Shown one piece after another: positions 51,464-62,774 of a stretch of DNA of 64,000 nt; positions within the stretch are counted from its first letter, which is position 1; the number at the start of each line of letters is the position of its first letter. The DNA is from Cycas panzhihuaensis (Eukaryota > Plantae > Cycadophyta): contig CM041465.1 in assembly GCA_023213395.1 (NCBI GenBank), forward strand, positions 202,003,741 through 202,067,740, written 5' to 3'. A program made the translations under genes and the position numbers. A model generated the notes under the pieces. That model was not told the origin of the DNA, made no database searches, and worked only from the letters and a program-made list of their open reading frames with translations.

Positions 51464-54400
51464 TATTAATGTGGCAATTGTTTGTTAAGTCACTAAGTTA
51501 ATGTTAATGTGGTTTAACTAAGGTGGTTAGTGAAAAGGTGCAAAGAATTCAGAGGGTCACAACCCTAATCGGGTGACACCTCTTGGAAGAATATAAAAGC
51601 CTTGAGCCCTTGTGTATTCATTGTATCAAATCATTGTGGAATAATCAATGTGATCTAGAAGGATCTTTTGTGGTGGGTTTTTTCCAGAAAGGGTTTTCCC
51701 ACGTAAATCCTCTGTATTGTGCATTTGTATTCTGTGTGTATTTTTGTTTGCTTGTTGTGTATGGTTAAAGATTCTACGGATGGGAACATACCTATTTGAT
51801 TTCACGTTCCCGAACATGGTATCAAAGCCATAGGGTCCTACACAGTTGAAGCTTGACGTTGAGCAGAGCGGTGAGATCGTTGGTTGTCGGGTGAAGCCGT
51901 CAAACCCAGGACTTGTCTTGAGGGTCCATTAACTCCAACAATGTGCAGAAACAAGCACAGTAGATCAATGGTGGTTGAAGCAGTGAAAATCACTAATCAA
52001 CAAAGCATAAGGGTCTATTGGAGTTAATAATCAGACGTGAAGGCCACATTTGTGGTATAAGTTGGTTCGTGTGGGGCCATCCGAAATAGGTTGATGATCT
52101 ATAGTTGTGATTTAAGTTAGCGAAGCACATATTGGTGGTGACTCGGCCACAGTAAAGATAGCCACCCATGTATACATGTAAGTTGGTTCTTTACTCAACA
52201 AAAGCACTATAAAATTAAAAAGGGAAAAAAGCTTTTGTGGCCATTAAAAGTACCTTGTTTGTATAAGGGAGAGATTGGAACCTTGTTTGGAGTGTTTTCT
52301 GCCCTCTATACTAAAATTGGATAGCATTTATAGCATCACAAATGGTTGTGATTGTACTTTGAATCGTAGCACCTTTGCATGAGTGTGAGGCCCTCTTATT
52401 GTAATCATATGCATAAATCAAGCCCTGAACAGTGGTGCAAAAGCTGGTTGGGCGCTTAGTAGTGCTGGCTGAGCGTGTTTGAAGGTAGCTAGACATCATT
52501 CGGGCTATTTACCAGCCGTACGGGTGAATGGAGACCCGTATCTAAGTGCACAAGTTCGTTGGTAATACATGCAGATCCGCGGGTTTCCCCTTCTCTATCC
52601 GACTGGCACAAATCCTGTGGTGACTCCAAATAACATTTTGATTTCATCTTTGCCTAAAGTTTAGACTTTAGGTTGATTAAATCTCATGTGTGTTTGATTT
52701 GAGGCACGTGGGTTAAGTGATGGACGGACGAGACTTTTCAAAAGGTAGCCTCTCTTGGAATATGCCTTTTGGCATATTCCTCTTATAATGTAACATTATA
52801 AAAGATCCTTAGACCATTGATACATGATATATTACCTAGTGTGAAGGCTATTTGGAGCATTCTTGGCCCATTTTGAGTGCGGATCAAGGATATTTTTTGT
52901 GTTTTTTGAGTTGGAGACCGTTCATTATTAGTGTGTGAACCTATCCTCAATTCTTGGAGCACATTATTAAGTGGCTTAAGAGTTATTTTTGAGACTTTTG
53001 AGTTCATTTAAGGGTGTTGTTTGGCAGTTTGTGAGGGGAGAACAGTTGATGAGCCGCCTAGAGCATGCATAGTCAGTGTTTGGAATACCCTCAGAATGTG
53101 TCCCCGAGCTAGAGGATACCACAATGGTGCACTTTTGTCCAGGAGGTCTATTAGACAATCGTTTAGTGTCGTTTGACTCGTGTTGAAGCCTGTTTCTCGA
53201 GATGGAGCACATTATGCCCAAGGTTATCTTCAATGGTAACAATTTCGATGAGTGGAAGGCCAATATGGAGCTTATTTTGATGGTGAATCAACTCTGGGGT
53301 ATCACTAAGGCTAAGGTGGACACAGTTCCGTTAGACCATAAGGAGCGTGTTCAACTCGAAGAGAAGAAATTTATGGCTGTGGGAGTGTTGAAACTGTCAC
53401 TAGTGCTGGACCAGAGAGCCTTGGTTCACAATCTAGAAGAACCAGACGAAATCTAGACAAAATTGTGTGAACCTTTGAAAAGAAGAAGACGAATAGACGT
53501 CTTGCCTTGATGTTGGAGTTACTCAATTTGCGTGTGAAAGATGAGAACAACATCATCTCCTACCTGAACAAAATCACGGACTTGAAGAATAAGCTAGAAG
53601 AACTGAAGCAGAATTCGATTGATGATGCGTTGTTGTTCACAATAATCATGTCGAAGCTACCAACTGCGTTCGCCACATTTCAGACCATATATGGTAGAGA
53701 TGAGATGATGGAGGTAGAGACTTTTGATGGGCTTAAAAACCTAATTCTAGCGAAGGATGCTAAGTTGAAACATCACAGTATGCTTGGAAGTTCTAAATCA
53801 AGTCAGGCCCTAGATATGAAGACTCAGAGAAAGGAGGCCGGTAAGGAGGAGAAGATCACACAGAGGTCTAGAGAAAGTTCACAAGAGAAGAAGAAGTTCA
53901 ATAGAAAATGCAATTACTGCAAGAAGGATGGTCATGGAGAGAAGAATTGTTTGTTCAAGAGACGTGACAAGCGCAAAGTAAGCCAAGATGATAAAGGGAA
54001 GAGTGTTGCTCCTCACTGCATTTGAGCAAAAACCTTATCAGCTGAATCAGATCGAAGAGATTATTGGGTGCTTGACTCTGGAGCGTAGAAGCATATCTCT
54101 TACCAGAAGCGCAACTTTGATATGGTGAATGAAAATCATAGTGGTGTGGAAATCGTCCTTGCAGATGCTCGCGTATTGCTGGTGGAAGGTATCGATGAAG
54201 TATCCATTGCAAGTGGTAAGTTTATGTACCCAAGATGCAATTGAACCTTCTTTCAACCTGGGAAATCTGCAAACAAGGTATGAAGCTAGAGCTTTACAAT
54301 GATAGATGCCTGATTAAGGATCCGAAGCAGAGCTTCTCTGTCATTGCTACTAGAAAAGTCAAAGACAACTTCTGGGTGTTTGAGAAATTTCAATCTCAAA

Positions 54401-57400
54401 AGAAGTATTATGCCTTTGTCACTAGCATTGATGATGCGAGTAGACTTTGGCATAATCGCCTAGGACACCTTAACTATAGGAACATCACACTACTGAAGAG
54501 GATGAAGATGGTGGAAGGTTTGCCATTAGTTTTCTGCTCAGATGGTGTCTATGAAGGGTGTATGTATGGCAAGCATCACTGCTACCCTTTTGCTCAGGAG
54601 AATGCCTGGAGAGCCAAGGAGAAATTGGAGTTTGTGCATTTAGATATAATGGGTCCTCTCCCAAACCCTTCGATATTAGGGGCTCGTTACACCCTTGTGT
54701 TTGTAGATGATTACACCAGGAAGGCCTAGGTTTACTTTCTCAAAAACAAGTCAGATGTATTTGATCGCTTCTGTGACTGGAGAGCGATGGAGGAAAATGA
54801 AAGTGACAAGAAAATTAAGTCACTAAGAAGTGATAATGGCAAGGAATATGACAATCATTCATTTAATCAATTATGCCACGATCATGGTATAAAGCGGGAA
54901 TTTACAGTCCCATATACCCCACAATAGAATGGAGTTGCTAAACAAAAGAACCGTACCATGATGGAGATGGAGAGGTGTATGGTGCACGCTAAAAACCTGC
55001 CACCATTGTTTCGGGCAGAAGCTATGGCGACTACTATGTATATTTTGAATGAAAAGAAATGGACCGGTCGGAAGCCTATCATTAGCCATTTGAGAACTTT
55101 TGGGTGTATTGGTTACATCCACATCCGAGATGATACTCACAAGAAGTTGGATCAAAAGAGTCTGAAGTGTATATTCATGGGGTATAGTGATTAGAATAAA
55201 GCTTACAGACTATGGGATCCATAGGGGAAGAAGATTGTGGTTAGTTGGGATATAAAATTTGATGAGTCATCGCCGTATCATGTTGATAGATCATCAGAAG
55301 AGCCTTTTTACCCCTCCTACTCCCATTCCTAGATTCATCAGGCGAAGAGGATGATGAGCTAGTCACTAGAATTCATGATGAAGCAGGACCAAGTGGGACA
55401 AGTAATAGTGAGGAGTTGTCGCGAGAAGAAGTACCTCCAGCAATGGGTCTTTCTATATCTTTATGGGCAAGGAAGACTATCAAAGATTCCGGTGTGGCGA
55501 TGCATACCCTTACTGATGATAATAGAACAAGGAGTCAACATGCCAATCAAACTCTATTGGTGGACATCAACAACTCCAGTGATCCTGATTCATTTGATGA
55601 AGCGAAAGGAGATCCACGTTGGAGAGCTACGATGGAGGAAGAGTATGGTTCGTTGATGAAGAATAATACATGGGATTTGGCTCTGCTCTGTTCGACAAAG
55701 AAGCTTGTTGGATGCAAGTGGGTCTATAAGACGAAGTTCTGCTAGGATGGAGAGGTGGACAAGTATAAGTCTAGACTTGTCACTCAAGGATTCAAGCAAA
55801 AAGAAGGAATTGAGTATGAGGAGACGTTTGCACTAGTCTCTAGAATGACGATGGTCCGATTGATCATTTCCTTAGCAGTTGCTTACGGTTGGGAGTTACA
55901 CCAGATGGACGTCAAGTTTGCGTTCCTTAATGGAGATCTAAAGGAGAAGATATACATGTCACAGCCTCTAGGATTCATTAAAGAAGGCCAGGAGCATTTT
56001 GTTTGTCGGTTAAAGAAATCAATCTATGGCCTGAAACAAGCATCCCATGTTTGGTATGAGAAGATGGATGCCAAGTTAAAAGCTGAAGGTTTAGAAATTT
56101 CTAAACTCGACCCAAACTTATATGTGAAAAGAAGAAGACTGCAATAGTTGCTTATGTGGTGTATGTAGATGATTTAATCATCAACGGTAATTGTGGCAAG
56201 ACTATAGCAGAAGTCAAATCTAATTTGGGAGCTTCTTTTGACATGACAAACCTTGGGAGACTTCATTATTTCTTGGGTATTCAGATTAGACAGATGGATG
56301 ATCGAATCGTATTGTTGTAGTCATAGTACGTGAAAAACCTACTGGAGAAGTTTGGGATGCAGAATTACAAACCTGTTGCAATACCATGTGTCAAGGGCGC
56401 AAGATTGTAGAAGGATATGGTCAAACCCTCTATAGATGGAACATAATATCACCAATTGGTAGGGAGTCTAATTTACTTGACACATACTAGACCAGATATC
56501 GCCTACACTGTTGGATTAGTTTCTGCTACATGCAAAATCCTCAGGAGCCTTATTTGGTTGCAGTGAAGCAGATTCTAAAATACCTGAAGGGGACAATCAA
56601 TCTTGGTCTCGAATACCGTTGAGGTGAAGAGATAAGGTTGCATGGCTACAAAGATGTTGATTGGGGAGGAGACTCTAACGATCAGAAGTCCATTGTTGGA
56701 TACATATTTGGTGTTGGTAATGGTTTTGTTTCGTGGCAGTTGAAGAAGCAACAAACAATACCGCTATCTTCTACAAAGGCAGAATATCAAGGACTCAATG
56801 CTAGTGCGAAGGAAGTTATATGGTTGCAAAGTCTCTTGGAGTTTCTTGGAGTCTCCAATGGACATCTGATTATCTTTGTCAATAATCAGAGTACCATTCA
56901 TCTGTCGAAGAATCCAAAGTTTCATGTGCATACGAAGCATATCGAGATTTAACACCACTACATATGTGAACAGATCAAGTCAGGGAAGTTGCAGGTTGAC
57001 TACTGTCTGAGTGAATTTCAGCTTGCGAACATGCTTACCAAGCCAATCACTGAAGATCAATTCACAAAGATGCATACCGAATTAGGACTCATCAATGTTA
57101 TCCTTGAGGGGGGAATGCATCGATAAGGATAAAAAAGTTGTAGAATAGTCCCAACCTTCGTGATAACACAACTGTTGCAGGTTCCCCACATTCACATTAA
57201 GGGGGGATGTTAATGTGGAAGTTGTTTGTTAAGCCACTAAGTTAATGTTAATGTGGTTTAACTAAGGTGTTTAGAGAAAAGTTGCAAAGAATTCAAAGGG
57301 TCACAACCTTAATCGGGTGACACCTCTTGGAAGAATATGAAAGCCTTGAGCCCTTGTGTATTCATTATATCAGATCATTGTGGAATAATCAATGTTATCC

Positions 57401-57560
57401 AAAAGGATCTTTTGTGGTGGGTTTTTTCCAGAAAGGGTTTTCCCACATAAATCCTGTGTATTTTGCATTTGTATTCTGTGTGTATTTTTGTTTGCTTACT
57501 GTGTATGGTTAAAGATTCTGCGGATGGGAACATACCTGTTTGTTTTCATGTTCCCGAACA
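51464..57560 (+). mobile_element. Copia I, full-length but decayed
   Basis: 353-bp LTRs 51464-51816 and 57208-57560; PBS TGGTATCAAAGCC; PPT TTAAGGGGGGA; TSD AAGTC/AAGTC. Confidence 0.96.
53202..57110 (+). pseudogene. Copia I gag-pol
   Basis: FNGNNFDEWK; CNYCKKDGHGEKNC; WVLDSGA; LWHNRLGH; VHLDIMGP; HQMDVKFAFLNG; HTKHIEI. Confidence 0.95.
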
Positions 57561-59514
57561 AAGTCTTTTTACCACCACTCCCATATCCCTCATCTTCAAC
57601 GACGCTTTCAACAAATTTCAACCTCTAGTACTATCACTATACACCCTTTCTACAAGACATTAACTCTTTCCCCTTTACATCCTATCCATTTTACTCTCAA
57701 CATTCTTACCTCCCTAATTGTTTTCCTATTATACCCTTGCACCCCACTAGAAAGAATTTTCACAAGACCTTTCCAAAACCCTTTTCCCATAAAGAACGCC
57801 TAGCCCTTATTCTCTATTCATTCCTTTTATCCCCATCAAATCCTAAATTCACTCATAGATCCAAATAAACCTACCTTTTGTTCTGTATAACACCAACCTT
57901 ATCATGTGTAAATTCCTTTTGCCTATCTCTTACCCAAACTATCCTTCATATATTAGATTCCCTAATCAAATCCCCATATATGCTTCTCCTAGTTTTCCCC
58001 TTAACATGACTCAACACCCTCTACTTACCTTGATAAGTACTTGCATAAAACTTTTGCCATGCCCTCAATCTCTCACTTACTATCTTTTCCCTACTATCTC
58101 TTGCATGTCATAACAAAAATATGTATTTATGTTATTCGCTAGTTCATATCCATCATCACCTCCCTATAACCCTTCCATGTCACCCATAGACCAATCAACA
58201 ACAGATCAATCCTCAACTAAACTTACCTCCCCACCTTTATGCTCTAACCCCTTATCCTTGAAATTTCCTGCACCAATTTTCCTAATGTCATTTCCCTAAT
58301 TCCTGCCTTTCTTTTGCATTCCCCTATTTCCCCTTCAAGGATAACTATAAATGGACACCATGTGCAACTAGAAGGCAAGACCTTACGCAAGTTAAAAAGG
58401 GATCACAAATGACTTGGGATCACTCAAGTGCAAAGTCTCATGCAACGACCATTTTAAACAAGGCACTAATGCAAATAGGATACATACAAGTTACCGTAAG
58501 AAGACATAATTAAGAACCCAATACCTACGATATCTTGGCCTTAATGGATAAGGAGGAATACAAACAACACAACACAAGTAAGTACATGCCTTGAACGTAC
58601 AAGTTAAAATAATAATACTTTGTGAGCAAAATATTTTTTGGAGGAGGGATGGCTTGTAGTGATCCTAAAACTATTAAATAATAAGAAATTGGTTTTTATA
58701 TTATTAGGAAGTCAGTTTTTATATCAGGAAGTCAATATTTTATTATTAATAATATTATTGAAGTCAATTTTTTTAATAGGAAGCCAAATTGGCACCTATA
58801 AATAGGGGAGACCCTTAATTCATTATGTAAGCTTTATTTTTGGGTCAGTCGTAATTTATGTGGTACTTGGTGCCTGGGGTAATTATTCCCTATTCAATTT
58901 TTATTTTAGTTTTCTTTTGTTTTTTGACGAAGTAGATTCGGCTTAGGATTGCTTTAACTAATCAAGTATGTGGCCATTATGCACGCTTCACTCCTCATAT
59001 GGAGGCTCTTTGAAAGTACTATCAGCCTATGCATGCTAATTGGGTGCCTAGCAATGTGTGAGACTGGAAAACAACTGAGCATTTGGATAGCATGGAATTG
59101 ATGCGCGAAGACTATCTCGATCTTGAGGGGGGTAAAGAAACACCCATGTAGGGGGTGTTATGTGGGGGAAGACTATCTTGGATCTCGAGGAAAAACAAAC
59201 GAACTCTTAAGGGCTGGTCACTGACAGAGAGAGGATAGATAGAGGCCAAGTGAGGGCACATAGACATAGAGAGATAGATGCATAGAGAGAGATGGGAAAT
59301 ACAAGAGGATTATTGTAAGTGAATGTTGAGTGAGGTAGAGTATCTTGGAAGTGAATTCTAGAGAGGACGATTTTTGAAGGATCTGCTCCCTTGGTTATGC
59401 CATCATCCTATAAAAGGCCCTGAACTGGTTGGGATTACCAATGCATGTGTAAATTACTAGCTTTATCCAATGGGACTGTTCTATTGTGGCTAAAGTTAGT
59501 GTTTCTATGGGGAA

Positions 59515-59670
59515 ATAGGGTTGACTACGGTCTCTTTTCCCTATGTTTGTGTGAGGGAGTAGGTCGACTGCAATCCCCTTTCCTAAGGAGTCGGGTTGAT
59601 TGCAGTCCCCTTTCCTCTGTGTTTGTGTTAAGGAAGTAGGGTTGATTGCGGTCCCCTTTCCTTGGTTGCA
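59515..59670 (+). repeat. Four degenerate tandem units near a probable LTR end
   Basis: Repeated AGTAGGGTTGATTGCGGTCCCCTTTCCT-like unit, ending at GGTTGCA. Confidence 0.7.
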
Positions 59671-61057
59671 TGGTGTGGGACATGCATGAGCACAATCTAT
59701 TAGTTCCAACAAATTAACTCAACAAAAAGCTACACGCAGTGTAATTTTACTAGTTAGATTCTGGAATATGGAATTTGTGCATGAAAATTATGATTAGATT
59801 GTGGCTTGGGGCATAGTTGGCACATTTTTAGTGATCTCAGGCTCTGAGTTGAGTGTTAAGTGAATTTAATAGTACTTTAGCATTCAGATCATATGCTTCA
59901 ACATGGTTTGAGCATTGTGTAGTCTAAGGTTAGGACAATTGGTGTGTGCCTTTGTTGGGAAATTGGTGACAGTTCTAACTGAAACGAACGAAGAGGGGGA
60001 GTGGATCCTGAAACCATCAAGGTGGGGCCATGACAAAGGCATCCACATAGATCTATTATTTCTTATATAATTCATGAAGCCATTCATATTTCTGGGTTTT
60101 TGCAAGTTATTTGTAGGTTTCCAGGGTGTATGACCATGCAATAGGCACTACACCTCACAATTAGGGTTGCTACAGGTCGTACAATCTATTCTAGGCCATA
60201 CAATCTACATGTGGGGCCTATGGGTCGTACGGTCTATTGTGGAAACCATAGTGCTAATGGCAGGTTCATATGGCCTAGAACAAATGTATAGACCCTTATT
60301 GTAGTTGTACACCAAACACATGGGTTGTACAAATGTATACATAGCATATGGCTACACCAAGCCCCAAAAATCCAAAAATTAACCTCAAAATTTAGAAATT
60401 TGTCTTCTGCAGGTTAGAGGTACTTATTTCTCTACCCCTTTTCTAGTATGCTTGCCTCATCATGTTTTTCATGGATGCTGGTGGCCTCTAATTGCTCTCT
60501 GATAGACAAAATTGTGTTCTACATTCTCTCTTCCTTTTCCTTGAGATGCTTGCCCATGACAACAAACAAAGATTTAGTTCCTCCTCTGCTAACATGTGTT
60601 TATATACAAGAAAACTTTTGACTCTTCTTCTTTATGGGGTTTCTAGAATGGGGTTAGTGGAGAGAGTCTTCCTCAATAACTGTGCATTCCATTGTGAATT
60701 CATTTAATGAGTTCTTTTTGCCTCTTTAAGCCCCTTTTTTACCACATTTGAGGTTAATTGTTGTTCAATGACAATTAGCAACGGTTTAAATGTTCCGATC
60801 TAAATGCATTAAATTGGGATAAAGGCAAGGCATGCAAAGAGGGTTACTCCTAGAAAGGCAAGCGTATTAAAGGAGGCAAAGAGAGGTAGTACCTCCATAA
60901 AAATATTTTGCATTTGTGTATTTTACATCCTAAAATTTCCATTGAAAAGTCCCTATTTTTCATTTCTTCTTTCATTTTATAGTTTATTATTTTTCTGTTT
61001 TAGCCTCAAGTGTAGAAATATGGCTGTATACACAGTTTGCACAGTTAGGCCTAAAAT

Positions 61058-61158
61058 CAGGGCTTTTTAAAAACTAAAAATTAAAAGAAGAAACAGAATT
61101 GAAAAGGCATAATTTATGGAATAAATTGCATGGCTGAAACATAGTTTTAAAAACCCTG
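61058..61158. mobile_element. Possible 101-bp MITE (hAT-like terminal inverted repeats)
   Basis: CAGGGCTTTTTAAAAACTA ... TAGTTTTAAAAACCCTG; no clear 8-bp TSD. Confidence 0.45.
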
Positions 61159-62106
61159 AATTTTGTCGTAAAACATCCCTTAATATTTCATAACTTGTTC
61201 TTCACTTGAAATCTTAAAACTTGAACAGATTTTAGGGTTATTCTTCTATCATATTTTTTGCACTTATCTCAGATTGTATGGCAAAAATAGAATTGATGTC
61301 TCCTCTTTTTGGTTATGCATATTTAATTGAAATGAAAATGGCAGTAATGTATGTATTGTATTGTCATGATTTTTGTATGCATGAAGCATGGTTTCATTGT
61401 ACACAAGGAGTGTTTAATGGAGGGAAATGGACCTATTTTTTTACCATGTTTTATTTATTTAATTGCACCATATATGATGATTTTCTGCAGCTTCACTTGG
61501 TCAATTTGGTCATAGGTCAGTCTTCCATAATGAGAACAGAATGCAGCACCTTTGCTGTTGGGAGTGAATTTTACTTGCTGCCTGCTGGCAGATAAGTTCT
61601 TTATGCTGAGAGTGGATTGGCGAGAGTTGTATATCAGGTTTTGAAAGGAACAATACAATGGCACACCTTTTCTTTCCTCTCTCATTTGTTTGTTATAGTG
61701 AATTCATGTGTCATTTTATGCAAAATCGAAAATTTGGAATAATTTCAAGGGTGACCCTATTTTATTACAACTATAAACAATCAATACATATGACATGCTG
61801 AATCTGCAATAAATTCACTGCAATCCATGCCAAATCTTGATTAAAATTACATGAACTTGTTTTAAAGTTAGATTTATATTCTATTTGTTTCTTTGATTGT
61901 TTATGATACAAGGCTTACAACTTAAACATTGTAGCATATTCTATGATACAGTGTTACCATACCATTGTTAATGAATTGTAATGAGAAAAGAAAGCAAAAT
62001 TCATCAGGCTTTTCATCATTTCGCTTTTGTTTTTTCATCTTGAATGGCATCCAGAATATTTAGCCATGTTGAACTTTGACAAGGTTCCTTGCCCAAATAT
62101 TGCCAG

Positions 62107-62231
62107 GAGTTGGAGCAAAGACATCAAGGAACTCCGTATTCCATCATATTCCTGCTGAGTCATCTGATATGCAAGAGATGCTAAGGGGAATGGGTTATAG
62201 AGGTGATAGACCCAGTATCTGGGCAATCCAG
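62107..62231 (+). CDS. Internal exon of a SAM-dependent methyltransferase (leucine carboxyl methyltransferase-like, At4g02405-like)
   Basis: AG/GT bounded; encodes VGAKTSRNSVFHHIPAESSDMQEMLRGMGYRGDRPSIWAIQ. Confidence 0.85.
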
Positions 62232-62387
62232 GTGATGACCATAAACTGTTAAAGGCCGTAAGTTTGAGTCTGATGGCCAATTCTAATAAATTATTAATCA
62301 AAATATCTGCTTAACAAAGTAGTGGCAGGGAAAAGGTCGTTTTAAATAAGCAGTGACAAAAGAATGTCATTACCTACTATCATGCAG

Positions 62388-62516
62388 GGCCTTTATTCAT
62401 TGACACTGGCCAGACTTCAAGAAATTCTTTCCCATATTAGCAGCCTAGCAATGAAAGACAGTTTTTTGGTAGGCGAGATCCCTCTCACTTCCATCAAAGC
62501 AGATGCTGGTGCAGAG
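62388..62516 (+). CDS. Next exon of the same methyltransferase
   Basis: CAG/GTATGT bounded, 129 nt, phase 0; encodes GLYSLTLARLQEILSHISSLAMKDSFLVGEIP. Confidence 0.88.
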
Positions 62517-62600
62517 GTATGTATTGTCGGTTTATTATTTCATCCTAAATCATTAACAGTGCTGATGGAAATTGCCTAAAGAAAATATTTGTGACTGCAG

Positions 62601-62774
62601 GACGATGTCAGAAAATGGATGGAGAAGACTTTTAAAGGCAATGGGTTTTCAGTGCATATGATTACATATGAAGATGTTGCCAGGGACCTTGGTCGGAATC
62701 TCTTGGCAGATGATGGTGAAGAATGTAAAGGTGTTCTTTTTGTAGCTCAGCAGCAACGCCTCTCAGATGATCAG
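62601..62774 (+). CDS. Next exon of the same methyltransferase (3' boundary uncertain)
   Basis: TGCAG acceptor; encodes KWMEKTFKGNGFSV...VLFVAQQQRLSDDQ; expected donor reads GAAGGA. Confidence 0.82.

Larger units (their letters stand above)
45909..58956 (+). mobile_element. Element H: non-autonomous LTR element (no recognisable pol) hosting E and Copia I
   Basis: LTRs 45909-46186 and 58655-58956; PBS TGGTATCAGAG at 46189; PPT GGAGGAGGGA; TSD ACTAA/ACTAA. Confidence 0.9.

Noticed and set aside
51583-57663. Duplicated short ORFs MEEYKSLEPLCIHC / MEEYESLEPLCIHY as a gene pair
   Set aside because: They are chance ORFs in the two LTRs of Copia I and start at TTG.
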